64,000 nt of DNA from an uncultured Pelagibacteraceae bacterium (GTDB lineage: Bacteria; Pseudomonadota; Alphaproteobacteria; Pelagibacterales; Pelagibacteraceae): positions 209,445 to 273,444 of the forward strand of contig CACMAX010000001.1 of assembly GCA_902611845.1 (NCBI GenBank), given 5' to 3'. The notes beneath the pieces were generated by a model. It made no database searches. It had not been told where the DNA came from and saw only the letters and a list, made by a program, of their open reading frames with translations. Shown here in pieces: positions 1 through 9,998 of this stretch (position 1 is its first letter; every line of letters begins with the position of its first letter). The position numbers and the translations under genes are program-made.

Positions 1-2250
1 GACTTCAACATTCATACCTATTTCTGAATGACCTACATCAATTCTACACAATGCAATATTTTTATTCAAAGTAGGAGACAGACATCCACTTGTAACAACG
101 CCAACCTGGGATCTTCCAATATGAACGCAATCACCGTGATTAGCTTTTTCTTTGCCTACAAGTTCTAATCCAACTAATTTCTTTTGTGGATTTTCTTTTC
201 TCTTTATTAATGCTTCTTTCCCAATGAAATCTGCTGTTTTTGTTTTTAAAGGAACCGTAAATCCAACACCAGCTTCAAACGGGTCAACTTGGCCATCAAA
301 TTCATTACCAAATAATATTAGACCAGCTTCAATTCTTAATAAATCTAATGCTCCAAAACCAGCAGGTATTAATCCTTCATCTTTACCAGCTTCCACAAGC
401 ACATCCCAAACTGCTGGTGCATCAGAAGGGTGACACCATATTTCATATCCTAACTCACCTGTATATCCTGTTCTAGAAACCATTAATGGAATTCCGCTAA
501 GCTCTTTTACTCTGCAGATTGTAAACCTAAACCATTGTAATTCTGAAATAGAAGGTTGTGTTGGTGGAGTAAAAATAAACTTTTCTAAAATTTTTCTACT
601 ATTTGGCCCTTGTAGAGAAATATTATTTATTTGATCAGTAGAGTTTTTAACTAAAACATTAAATTTTTTCTTTTTTGCCTGTTCTTTTAACCATTCACCT
701 GCATATTCATCACCACATACCCATCTAAATCCATGATCACTCATTTTTAACAATGTTCCATCATCAAACATAGAACCATTTTCATAACACATCGAAGAAT
801 AAACAATTTGTCCAACTGACAATTTTTTAACATTTCTAGTTAAAGTATAGTCCATCAATTCTTCTGCATCTGGACCTAATATTTCAAATTTTCTTAAAGA
901 AGATAAATCAATTAAAACTGCTTTTTCTCTACACGCTGTATATTCATTTATTACCCCGTGTTTAGTGTAATCATTGGGCAACCAATATCCTCTAGCATCA
1001 ACAAAGTTTCTTGTTAATTTAGAAGTTCTTTCATGAAATCCTGTATTTTTTGTCAGTTTTAATTCTGAGTCTGGTTTCATTCTAAATGCAAAAGATTTTG
1101 TAAATTCTCTTTTTTTTTCATAAGTTCTAACAAAAATATCTGTAGGGTTCCATGAATTACATGGATCTATATCACTTGGACAGGCTGATGTTCCGCAGGT
1201 TAAATCTTTTAAAGCTCTTAATATTACATAATCTCCAGGTCTAGCAAATGACTCATCAGAAAGTACAGTATTCAAACCTCCTGCCGAAGTATTAAAAAAT
1301 AAATTTATAGCGTGCCATCCTTTTTGTCTATTAACCCCAAAATTTTCCATAGCACCACTTAAGTTATCTGAGCAATTTGGATGCCCAAAATAACCCGCAT
1401 CTTCGTAATACTTTGATGTACAAGCAAGATTAAAAGTGTCATGTCTACCAACGGTATCTCTTATTACCTCTACTAAAGGTTCATGATCTGTGTCAAAAAA
1501 TTTTGAATATAATCCCGGCCCTGGAAAAGTATTACCCATAAAGGTCCTGGTTGTTTGCCAATCTAAACCTTTCTCTACACCTTTACCTAATTTAGCTGTA
1601 TCGAAAGCAACAAAATCTGAACATTGTCTACCAGTTGGACAAATTATTTGAATATAATCTCCTTCTTTAACCTCAAAAGAAATCGCTGATTGTTTTGCAA
1701 TATTTTTTTCGTCTAGAGGATCAAAAATTGGATCTGGAATTATTCTATGTTCTTTATAATCAACAATATTATTTCTTTTAATAAATAAAGTTAGTTCAGT
1801 AGGAGGATTTTGTTCATGAACTAACATATCATTGCCAGGCGCAGCAAAAATACAATAACATTTATCTTTTGAGCTTATTTTAATTTTTTCTCCTGGTGGA
1901 GTGTCTTTATCAAAAAGGATTGAAGATTTAGACTTTGCAATTTTAAGATTTCTTTTTTCTAATTGACGTAATGCAATTTTTGAACTTTCTTCATTTCTAT
2001 TTAAAATTTTAATTATGTCATTTTCTGATTTAGAAGATTTTAAATTTAAAATCGATGGATCTGAATTTCCATCAGAATTAAAAACAACTATTTCGCAAAT
2101 TTGATTTCCTTCATTATTAATAATTTCAATTTCATCATCTGGAAAAATCTGAACTCCTGTAAGTCCACCACCATTAATTACGTATCTTTCAACCCCAGGT
2201 GGCAAAACATTTAATCCAGGTTCATTTATTCTTAAATTTTCTTCTAACAT
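1..2250 (-). CDS. tdm: Trimethylamine N-oxide demethylase Tdm (DUF1989 + GcvT-like domains); 3' end runs off the window
   Basis: Not in the ORF track because there is no stop inside the window. Hand translation from the ATG at 2250 gives MLEENLRINEPGLNVLPPGVERY..., the DUF1989 motifs DTVGRHDTFNLACTSKYYEDAGYFGHPNCSDN and SACPSDIDPCN, then GcvT-like TGYTGELGYE. It is divergent from a TmoX-like binding protein. Confidence 0.88.
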   Translation of the reverse strand, partial: MLEENLRINEPGLNVLPPGVERYVINGGGLTGVQIFPDDEIEIINNEGNQICEIVVFNSDGNSDPSILNLKSSKSENDIIKILNRNEESSKIALRQLEKRNLKIAKSKSSILFDKDTPPGEKIKISSKDKCYCIFAAPGNDMLVHEQNPPTELTLFIKRNNIVDYKEHRIIPDPIFDPLDEKNIAKQSAISFEVKEGDYIQIICPTGRQCSDFVAFDTAKLGKGVEKGLDWQTTRTFMGNTFPGPGLYSKFFDTDHEPLVEVIRDTVGRHDTFNLACTSKYYEDAGYFGHPNCSDNLSGAMENFGVNRQKGWHAINLFFNTSAGGLNTVLSDESFARPGDYVILRALKDLTCGTSACPSDIDPCNSWNPTDIFVRTYEKKREFTKSFAFRMKPDSELKLTKNTGFHERTSKLTRNFVDARGYWLPNDYTKHGVINEYTACREKAVLIDLSSLRKFEILGPDAEELMDYTLTRNVKKLSVGQIVYSSMCYENGSMFDDGTLLKMSDHGFRWVCGDEYAGEWLKEQAKKKKFNVLVKNSTDQINNISLQGPNSRKILEKFIFTPPTQPSISELQWFRFTICRVKELSGIPLMVSRTGYTGELGYEIWCHPSDAPAVWDVLVEAGKDEGLIPAGFGALDLLRIEAGLILFGNEFDGQVDPFEAGVGFTVPLKTKTADFIGKEALIKRKENPQKKLVGLELVGKEKANHGDCVHIGRSQVGVVTSGCLSPTLNKNIALCRIDVGHSEIGMNVEV

Positions 2251-2254
2251 TTTA

Positions 2255-2313
2255 AATCAATGATTACTTATGTTTGAGAATAAATCAGTACTGATTAATT
2301 GTATATATAAATT
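2255..2313. promoter_or_regulatory. Palindromic candidate operators in the tdm/tmoX divergent promoter
   Basis: Perfect 14-bp palindrome AATCAGTACTGATT (2283-2296), AATCA-A-TGATT (2255-2265) and near-palindrome TTAGTACCAA (2304-2313). Confidence 0.45.
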
Positions 2314-2391
2314 TTAGTACCAACTTCTGTTGACTGTAAGATTAAATTTAAGGATAATTAAACACTTAATATATTAAGAGAGGAGAAATAA

Positions 2392-3336
2392 ATGAAGAAA
2401 CTTTTATCAATAATTTCTGCTTTTTTGATTACATTTGCTCTAAGTTTTACAGGTGCGAATGCAGATAAAAGCGGAGTTGTTAAAATCCCAACACACAATT
2501 GGTCAAGTCAATTAGTTGGAGCTGAAGTTGTTGGTGAATTGCTAAAAATGGTAGGTGAGAAAGTAGAGTATATTAATATGGACTCACAAGCAGTATACCA
2601 AGCAATGGCAGACGGTGATATTGATCTAGTTCATGAAATTTGGGAAGGTGCGTTTGGAGCATCTTATGAAAAAGCAAAAGCTGGTGGTGGAATTGAAGAA
2701 ATTCTTACTCACGATGCTGTAACTAGAGAGGACTGGTGGTATCCAAACCATGTTGAAAAACTTTGTCCTGGTCTACCAGATTGGAAAGCTCTAAATAAAT
2801 GTGCAGATCTTTTTGCAAGAGCAGACTCTGGAGGTAAGGGAGTGTTTATCGGTGGTCCTGTTGATTGGTTAAAACATGATGCTGAAAAAGTTGAGGCTCT
2901 AGGAATGAACTTCATGGTGAAAAATGCAGGTTCTGCAGATGCAATTTGGGCTGAATTAGATGCAGGTGTAGCGCAAGGAAAAGCTGTAGTTGTTTTTAAC
3001 TGGTCACCAAATTTCATCGGTGCAAAATATCCAGGTAAGTTTGTTGAGTTTCCTAAACATGATCCAGCTTGTACAAAGGATCCTTCATGGGGAATCAATA
3101 AAACTGCACTTTATGATTGTGGAAACCCAGCAAGTGGTTATTTAAAATTAGCAGTCAATGCTGATTTCAAAAAAAATCATCCTGCGGGATATAAGTTGTT
3201 GAAACAGATGAATTTTTCTGGTCCAGACATTGACAAAATGGCTAACTACAAGGACACGGATGGTTTAGAAGTATCAGCAGCTGCTCAAAAATGGTTAGAT
3301 GATCACAAATCTAAATGGAGCAATTGGATTAAATAA
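2392..3336 (+). CDS. tmoX: TMAO/betaine-type ABC transporter substrate-binding protein (TmoX-like, OpuAC family)
   Basis: Signal peptide, motifs HNWSSQ, HEIWE, REDWWYP and CPGLPDWKALN, strong SD (AGGAG), and position next to tdm. Confidence 0.85.
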   Translation: MKKLLSIISAFLITFALSFTGANADKSGVVKIPTHNWSSQLVGAEVVGELLKMVGEKVEYINMDSQAVYQAMADGDIDLVHEIWEGAFGASYEKAKAGGGIEEILTHDAVTREDWWYPNHVEKLCPGLPDWKALNKCADLFARADSGGKGVFIGGPVDWLKHDAEKVEALGMNFMVKNAGSADAIWAELDAGVAQGKAVVVFNWSPNFIGAKYPGKFVEFPKHDPACTKDPSWGINKTALYDCGNPASGYLKLAVNADFKKNHPAGYKLLKQMNFSGPDIDKMANYKDTDGLEVSAAAQKWLDDHKSKWSNWIK

Positions 3337-3352
3337 TTTTTAGTCTATTTAT

Positions 3353-3393
3353 AAACGAACCGACATAATCTTAAGTCGGTTCGTTTTTTTTTT
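3353..3393 (+). terminator. Intrinsic terminator/stabilising hairpin after tmoX
   Basis: Stem AAACGAACCGAC-(10 nt)-GTCGGTTCGTTT followed by a long T run. Confidence 0.8.
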
Positions 3394-3426
3394 ATTTTAT
3401 GTTAAGCTCTCTTAAATTTTTTTATT

Positions 3427-4455
3427 ATGAATGATCAAATCAAAATTTCATGTTCAAATATTTGGAAATTATATGGAGAAAATCCAGAAAAGTTTTTAAA
3501 AGAAAATAATAATAATCCATCAACCGAACAACTAAAATCAAATAAATATATACCTGCGGTAAGAGATGCATCTATCGATGTAAAAACTGGAGAAATATTG
3601 GTTATTATGGGATTGAGTGGATCTGGTAAGTCAACATTATTAAGATGTATGTCTAAACTTATTCAACCAACTGATGGTCAAGTTTTTTTTGAGGGTAAAG
3701 ATTTATTAAAAGCTAGCGATAAAGAGTTAATCGAAATAAGAAGACATAAAATGGGAATGGTATTTCAGCATTTTGCTTTATTACCTCACAGAACAGTTTT
3801 ACAAAATGTTGCATTTCCTTTAGAGGTGCAAGGAATAGAGCCTATTAAAAGAGAAGATAGAGCAAAAGAGGTCATTAAATTAGTTGGTCTTGAGGGTAGA
3901 GAAAAATATTATCCTAGAGAACTTTCAGGAGGTCAACAACAAAGAGTTGGACTAGCAAGGTCTTTAGCGGTTGAACCAGATGTTTGGTTTTTAGATGAAC
4001 CTTTTTCAGCTTTAGATCCATTGATTAGAAAAGAGATGCAAAACGAGTTTTTGAGACTTCAAAATATGCTTAAAAAGACAATTGTTTTTATAACCCATGA
4101 TTTTGATGAAGCTATACGATTGGCAGATAGAATAGCAATAATGTATGAAGGGTTAATAGTCCAAGTAGGCACTCCTGAAGAATTAATCACGAAACCAGCT
4201 ACTGATTATGTTGCAGAATTTACAAAAGATATTCCTAGATCTAAGTTATTAAATGCTGAAAGTGTTATGAATAATGAGGATAAAAAACTCTATGATAATA
4301 CTGTTAACTGTAAAGAAAAAATTGAAAAAATCGCATCAAAAGTTTTAAAATCCGAAGGATCTTACTCTGTTATTGATGAAAATAAAAAAGTTATTGGTTC
4401 ATTAAGCAAAAAAGAAATAATCAAAGCTTTATTTGCCGAAGATAAGAATGAATAA
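3427..4455 (+). CDS. tmoW: Quaternary-amine ABC transporter ATP-binding subunit (ProV/OpuAA family)
   Basis: Walker A GLSGSGKS, signature LSGGQQQRVG, Walker B FLDEPFSALD. Confidence 0.85.
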   Translation: MNDQIKISCSNIWKLYGENPEKFLKENNNNPSTEQLKSNKYIPAVRDASIDVKTGEILVIMGLSGSGKSTLLRCMSKLIQPTDGQVFFEGKDLLKASDKELIEIRRHKMGMVFQHFALLPHRTVLQNVAFPLEVQGIEPIKREDRAKEVIKLVGLEGREKYYPRELSGGQQQRVGLARSLAVEPDVWFLDEPFSALDPLIRKEMQNEFLRLQNMLKKTIVFITHDFDEAIRLADRIAIMYEGLIVQVGTPEELITKPATDYVAEFTKDIPRSKLLNAESVMNNEDKKLYDNTVNCKEKIEKIASKVLKSEGSYSVIDENKKVIGSLSKKEIIKALFAEDKNE

Positions 4456-6460
4456 AATTAAAACCATTTTTAAAGGAAAATTTTTATTTATTTTTGGACC
4501 ATTCTTTTTGTTATGGTTGCTTCGTTATATTGTTCCTAATTATACGATTTCATCTAAAACACCACATTGGGCTTATATACCTCCAAAAAGTTGCTTGGGA
4601 GGATGCGGATCAATAGATGGATTTATACCTTTTGTAGATTGGACAAATGCATTAATTCAATTTCTGAGAAAGTATGAAATTTTCGGTTTGTTTACTTTTA
4701 GAGATTTCACAAGAGGTATAGCGAACTACGTCGATAAATTTTTAGATTTTACAGAAGCAGTCTTGCACAAAGGTTTTCCAAGCTACGAAATAGGACCTTT
4801 GCCTTGGATATTTATAATAACTCTTACAGTGATTTTAGGTTTTTATTTGAGAGGTTGGAGATTGGCATTGTTGGGAGGAACATGTTTTGCGTACTTAATA
4901 TTATTTAGTAAACGGGGAATATGGGAACTATCAATGAAATCTTTAGCAGCTATTTCTGTCTCTGCACCTTTGGCTGCATTAATAGGATTGTGTTTGGGTA
5001 TACTTGCGGTCAAGAGAAAAAAATTTGCAAACTTTCTATGGCCAATGTTAAATATTTTACAATCTTTACCTCATTTTTCTTATTTAATTCTGGTTGTTAT
5101 ATTTGTTGGAATAGGGACTAAAGCTGGAGTTATTGCAACCGTAATATTTGCATTTCCACCAATGGCTAGATTAACTATTTTAGGATTACAAAATATATCA
5201 CAAGAAATAAAAGAAGCTGGTGTGATGGCTGGTTGCACAAAGTGGCAAATGTTATTTAAAGTTGAAATTCCGGCAGCTAGATCTCCAATTATGCTGGGAA
5301 TAAATCAAGTTATAATGCAATGTCTTGCAATGATAGTTATAGCAGCATTTATTGGACAACCTGGTTTAGGTCATGACTTGTTAATTAGATTACAAGGCTT
5401 AAGGCTAGGTGAGGCTTTTGAAATTGGTGTTGCAGTTGTTTTGATCGCAATTACACTTGATAGGTATAGTCAAGCTTTAGCATTAAAAGAACCAGAGCGA
5501 AGAGAGGGAAATTTTGTAAAGAGAAATCCATATTTGTGTGCAACTTTTTTTGCAATTATAATTTGCTCTATCTTAGTTTTTCTTTTTCCATTTTTTAATG
5601 AATATCCAAAGGAGTTAACAGTTTCAGCATCTGTATATTTAGATAATGCCATTAAATCATTTACAAGATCTTTGTTTGTACCGTTAGGAATATTTAGAGA
5701 TTGGATGTTAATATATTTTTTGATGCCTCTTAAAGCTGTATTTCAATCTATGCCATGGACTGGAGTAATTTTATTTGTCGGAGCAATTGGGTGGAAGCTT
5801 GGTAAAATGAGACTGGCATTAACAGTTATGTTATTCGTATTTTTTATAGCATCATCTGGTTATTGGGTAAGAGCAATGATTACTTTATATATGGTATTTG
5901 CATCATTAGTAATATGTGCACTTATTGGAATTCCTTTGGGGATATGGGCATCAAAGAAAGAGAGCAGAACAAAGTTAGTTTTAAATATTTGTGATATTTT
6001 TCAAACATTTCCATCATTTATTTATCTACTTCCAGCAATAATGCTATTTCAAATAAGTGATGTTTCAGCAATATTTGCAATAGTTATATATTCCTCAATA
6101 CCAATGATAAGATATACTGTTTTTGGATTAAGAAATGTTCCACAACAAATTATAGAGGCATCTATAACCTCTGGATGTACAGAAAGACAATTATTATGGA
6201 AAGTAAAAATGCCTTTAGCCTTTCCAGAAATTATACTAGGTGCAAATCAAACATTAATGTTTGCTTTATTTATGGTAATGATAGCTGGATTTATTGGAAC
6301 TGTTGATTTGTCGCAAGAAATATTTAGGGCATTGTCTTTTAGTGACGGTGGCAAAGGTTTAATAATAGGATTATGTGTTGCATTTATAGGTTTGACTGCA
6401 GATAGATTGTTAGTTGAATGGTCAAATCAAATGAAGAAAAAATTAGGATTTATCAACTAG
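4448..6460 (+). CDS. tmoV: Quaternary-amine ABC transporter permease with two fused ProW-type modules
   Basis: Two permease repeats with EAA-like loops (IKEAGVMAGCTKWQML; IIEASITSGCTERQLL). The start is placed at ATG 4448, overlapping the upstream stop. Confidence 0.82.
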   Translation: MNKIKTIFKGKFLFIFGPFFLLWLLRYIVPNYTISSKTPHWAYIPPKSCLGGCGSIDGFIPFVDWTNALIQFLRKYEIFGLFTFRDFTRGIANYVDKFLDFTEAVLHKGFPSYEIGPLPWIFIITLTVILGFYLRGWRLALLGGTCFAYLILFSKRGIWELSMKSLAAISVSAPLAALIGLCLGILAVKRKKFANFLWPMLNILQSLPHFSYLILVVIFVGIGTKAGVIATVIFAFPPMARLTILGLQNISQEIKEAGVMAGCTKWQMLFKVEIPAARSPIMLGINQVIMQCLAMIVIAAFIGQPGLGHDLLIRLQGLRLGEAFEIGVAVVLIAITLDRYSQALALKEPERREGNFVKRNPYLCATFFAIIICSILVFLFPFFNEYPKELTVSASVYLDNAIKSFTRSLFVPLGIFRDWMLIYFLMPLKAVFQSMPWTGVILFVGAIGWKLGKMRLALTVMLFVFFIASSGYWVRAMITLYMVFASLVICALIGIPLGIWASKKESRTKLVLNICDIFQTFPSFIYLLPAIMLFQISDVSAIFAIVIYSSIPMIRYTVFGLRNVPQQIIEASITSGCTERQLLWKVKMPLAFPEIILGANQTLMFALFMVMIAGFIGTVDLSQEIFRALSFSDGGKGLIIGLCVAFIGLTADRLLVEWSNQMKKKLGFIN

Positions 6461-7419
6461 TGAAAGAAATATTAATAATAGGTGGAGGGGCAATGGGATC
6501 AGCTTTTACTTTTCCATGTATTGATAATAAAAACAAAGTAATAATAACAGAGCCATATAATAAAGTTTTTATTAAAAATTTATCTTCAAATAATAAATAT
6601 CATTCAAGTTTGAAAAAAAATTTACCTAGTAAGTTAAAGTATAAAAAATATTCAACAAACTTACTAAAAAAAAAATATGATTTAGTTGTTATTGCTTTAA
6701 GTTTATCAGGAATAAAATTTATAAGTGAAGAATTCAAACAATCAAAAATCAAAAGTCCAGTTCTAATTCTTACTAAAGGCTTAAAGTATGATAGAAAAAA
6801 GCAAAAAATTTATACTATTTCTGAAGATATAAAAAAAAATAATAAAAATATAAACATATCTGTCTTAAAAGGACCTTGTTTAGCAAAAGAACTTTCTAAT
6901 AAAAAACAAACAAGTGTTGTTGTTGCTAATAAAAATATAAAAACTGCAAAGAATATATGCAAAATGATTTCTACAAAATATTACGTAACAGAGACTTCAA
7001 AAGATATTATTGGAATAGAAATTTGTTCAGCAATAAAAAATATTTATTCTATGATAATTGGAGCTGGAGATAGTTTAAATATGTCATCAAGTTTATTCAA
7101 AAAATCTATTAATGAGATGATATATATTACTAAATATTTTAAAGGAAAAATTGAAACCGCTCTTGGATTAGCTGGAGTTGGAGATCTATACGTCAGTGCT
7201 GCAGGAGGTAGAAATAGTAAAATGGGAGGGTACCTGGGGCAAGGCTATACATTTAATAATGCTAAAAGAAAATTTATGCCAAATGAAACTGTAGAGGGAG
7301 AGCAACTTGCAAGAGAAATTGCTCCATTTATACTAAAAAAAATACAACAAAAAAAAATCCCTTTGATGACAAAATTAATTAAATCTATAATTAACAATAA
7401 AAAATTAATATTAAATTAA
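6460..7419 (+). CDS. gpsA: NAD(P)H-dependent glycerol-3-phosphate dehydrogenase family protein (divergent GpsA)
   Basis: Motifs IIGGGAMGS, TKGL, GPCLAKE, AIKNIY, GVGDL, GRNSKMG and VEG. The GTG start at 6460 overlaps the tmoV stop. Confidence 0.72.
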   Translation: MKEILIIGGGAMGSAFTFPCIDNKNKVIITEPYNKVFIKNLSSNNKYHSSLKKNLPSKLKYKKYSTNLLKKKYDLVVIALSLSGIKFISEEFKQSKIKSPVLILTKGLKYDRKKQKIYTISEDIKKNNKNINISVLKGPCLAKELSNKKQTSVVVANKNIKTAKNICKMISTKYYVTETSKDIIGIEICSAIKNIYSMIIGAGDSLNMSSSLFKKSINEMIYITKYFKGKIETALGLAGVGDLYVSAAGGRNSKMGGYLGQGYTFNNAKRKFMPNETVEGEQLAREIAPFILKKIQQKKIPLMTKLIKSIINNKKLILN

Positions 7420-7421
7420 AA

Positions 7422-8507
7422 ATGGCGAGTATTAAAATAGATAAAGTAAATAAGTATTTTGGAAGTACACATGTTATCAAAGATGTTTCTCTTGATATAA
7501 AGAGCGAGTCTTTTACTGTTCTAGTAGGACCAAGTGGTTGTGGTAAATCTACAATTTTAAGAATGATTGCTGGTTTAGAAGAAATTAATTCTGGCACAAT
7601 ATCTATTGATGATAAAGTTGTTAACGATTTACCACCTAAAGAAAGAAATATTGCAATGGTATTTCAATCTTATGCCCTTTACCCGCATATGACAGTATTT
7701 GACAATATGGCTTTTGGTTTAAAGATTGAAAAAAAATCGAAAGAAGAAATAGAGCAAAGAGTAATGGAAGCTGCTAAAATTCTACAAATTGAGGAGTATC
7801 TTGAGAGAAAACCCAAACAATTATCTGGAGGACAACGTCAAAGAGTAGCCATAGGTAGAGCTATTACAAGAAAACCGAAAGTTTTTTTATTCGATGAACC
7901 ATTATCTAACTTAGATGCGGCTTTAAGAGTACAAATGAGAGTAGAGTTGGCAAAACTACATGATCAACTTAATGCAACAATGATTTACGTAACTCATGAT
8001 CAGACTGAAGCCATGACACTCGCAAATGATATTGTTGTATTGGATCAAGGTATAGTTTCACAAAAGGGATCACCAATGAATTTATATAATAACCCAGATA
8101 ATTTATTTGTTGGAGGTTTTATCGGGTCTCCAAAAATGAATTTTATAGATAGTAAAGTTTTAAGTAAAAGCTCAAAGAGTTCTGAAGTAGATATAATGGG
8201 GACTGGAAAGTTAAATGTACCAAAAATTTCTGAAAATACTCAAGAAGGGGATAGTATAAAAATTGGTATAAGACCAGAGCACTTGATATTAAATGCAAAA
8301 ACAGACTCATTATGGGAAAGTAAAGTGTTCGTTGTAGAAAAATTAGGGTCAGGAACATATTTATATTTAGAGAAAGAGGGAGACCCTCTTGTTGTACAAA
8401 CTGATGGGGACACGAATATTAAAGTAGGTGATACTGTTAAAATAGGTTTTGATCCATTTAGATGCCATTTATTTGATAATAAAGGTATTTCTTTTAAAAA
8501 TTCCTAA
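7422..8507 (+). CDS. Carbohydrate ABC transporter ATP-binding protein (MalK/UgpC family)
   Basis: GPSGCGKS, VFQSYALYPHM, LSGGQRQRVAIGRA, DEPLSNLDA and a C-terminal TOBE-like region. Confidence 0.93.
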   Translation: MASIKIDKVNKYFGSTHVIKDVSLDIKSESFTVLVGPSGCGKSTILRMIAGLEEINSGTISIDDKVVNDLPPKERNIAMVFQSYALYPHMTVFDNMAFGLKIEKKSKEEIEQRVMEAAKILQIEEYLERKPKQLSGGQRQRVAIGRAITRKPKVFLFDEPLSNLDAALRVQMRVELAKLHDQLNATMIYVTHDQTEAMTLANDIVVLDQGIVSQKGSPMNLYNNPDNLFVGGFIGSPKMNFIDSKVLSKSSKSSEVDIMGTGKLNVPKISENTQEGDSIKIGIRPEHLILNAKTDSLWESKVFVVEKLGSGTYLYLEKEGDPLVVQTDGDTNIKVGDTVKIGFDPFRCHLFDNKGISFKNS

Positions 8508-8520
8508 ATCAATCTCAGGT

Positions 8521-8542
8521 AGTATTGTATAATATACATACT
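8521..8542. promoter_or_regulatory. Candidate operator upstream of the sugar-binding protein gene
   Basis: Perfect 6-1-6 inverted repeat TGTATA-A-TATACA (8526-8538), flanked by AGTA/TACT. Confidence 0.45.
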
Positions 8543-8619
8543 TGTTATTCCTCTTTTAAATGTTCATTATGTGATAATTTTTAAATAACTTTAAAAAACA
8601 CGAAAAAAGAGGGGAATAT

Positions 8620-9948
8620 ATGTTTAAAAATATATTAATAACAATCTCTGCAATAGCTTTTGTTTTTAATTCAATTGCATTTGCAGATATCAAATTCTGG
8701 ACGACAGAAACTCAACCAGCAAGAATGGCTAAACAAGAAGAGATGGCTAAAGCTTTTGAAGCTAAAACTGGAATTGGAGTTGAAGTTATTCCGATTGATG
8801 AAAAAGATTTAGGAACAAGAGCTACTGCAGCAGCAGCAGCGGGAGATCTTCCTGATGTAATTTATCATACACTTCAATATGTATTACCATGGGCTGAAGC
8901 TGGAATTTTAGATGTTGATGCAAATAATGATGTCGTTAATTCACTTGGAAAGAAAACTTTTGCTCCTGGTGCTTTAAAGATGGCTAAAAAAGGTGGCAAA
9001 ATTGCTGCTGTGCCAGTAGATGGCTGGACTCAAATGGTCGTTTACAGAAAAGATTTATTTGCAGCTGCTGGTTTAGAACCACCAACGACTTATGCAAATA
9101 TAGAGAAAGCAATTGATGCTTTATCTAGCAATGAGATGTTTGGATTTGTTGCGGCAACTAAAACTGACGAAAACTTTATGAGTCAGGTTTTGGAACATGT
9201 TTTTCTTGCAAATGGCGTAAACATAGTAAAAAAAGGTGGAACAAAAAAACAAGGAAGAGCTTTAAAAAATTCTTTACAGTTTTATAAAAAATTAGCTAAG
9301 GCTAGCCCTCCAGGAGAACTTTATTGGAAACAATCAAGAGAACTTTATTTCGCTGGTAAAACTCCAATGATAATATGGTCACCGTTTATTATGGATGAAT
9401 TAGCTGGTTTAAGAGACTCAGCTCCACCAACAATTAATAGTGATCCTACATCACCTGAATTGGCATCTAAAACTGGTTTTATAACTAATTTTAGTGGACC
9501 AAATAATGTAAAAGGTGCAGCTTGGGCAGATGTTAGATACTTTGGTATAACTGCAGATGCAGATACTGATGAAGCTAAGCAGTTTATTCTTTATTCAATG
9601 GATGAAGGATACACAAGCACTTTATCTATAGCACCAGAAGGTAAGTTCCCTGTAAGAAGAGGTAATGCAAGTGATCCAAATGCATTTACAACAGCTTGGA
9701 GTAAACTGCCTGTTGGAGTTGATAGAAAAGCTCCTTTAACAGATCTATATTCTGCAGATGTAATAAATAATATTGTTGCTGGTTTAGATACTGCTAACAG
9801 ATGGGGAGTAAAAGAAGGTGAACTATCTAGAGCATCTAAAATTATTAACAATAAGTTTATAAATAGAATCACTAGACAATATATTGACGATCAATTGACG
9901 CTAGATGAAGCAGTAACTGAAATTAACACTGTGCTAGCTAGCTTCTAA
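8620..9948 (+). CDS. Carbohydrate ABC transporter solute-binding protein (family 1 type)
   Basis: Signal peptide (SIAFA-D), FEAKTGIGVEV, GDLPDVI, VPVDGWTQMVVYRKDLF, and SD GAGGGG. Confidence 0.9.
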   Translation: MFKNILITISAIAFVFNSIAFADIKFWTTETQPARMAKQEEMAKAFEAKTGIGVEVIPIDEKDLGTRATAAAAAGDLPDVIYHTLQYVLPWAEAGILDVDANNDVVNSLGKKTFAPGALKMAKKGGKIAAVPVDGWTQMVVYRKDLFAAAGLEPPTTYANIEKAIDALSSNEMFGFVAATKTDENFMSQVLEHVFLANGVNIVKKGGTKKQGRALKNSLQFYKKLAKASPPGELYWKQSRELYFAGKTPMIIWSPFIMDELAGLRDSAPPTINSDPTSPELASKTGFITNFSGPNNVKGAAWADVRYFGITADADTDEAKQFILYSMDEGYTSTLSIAPEGKFPVRRGNASDPNAFTTAWSKLPVGVDRKAPLTDLYSADVINNIVAGLDTANRWGVKEGELSRASKIINNKFINRITRQYIDDQLTLDEAVTEINTVLASF

Positions 9949-9962
9949 TAATTTAAATTATT

Positions 9963-9998
9963 AAAAAAGCGGGTAATATTAATTATCCGCTTTTTTTT
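9963..9998 (+). terminator. Hairpin + T run between the SBP and permease genes
   Basis: AAAAAAGCGGGTAAT-ATTA-ATTATCCGCTTTTTTTT, ending immediately at the ATG at 9999. Confidence 0.75.
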
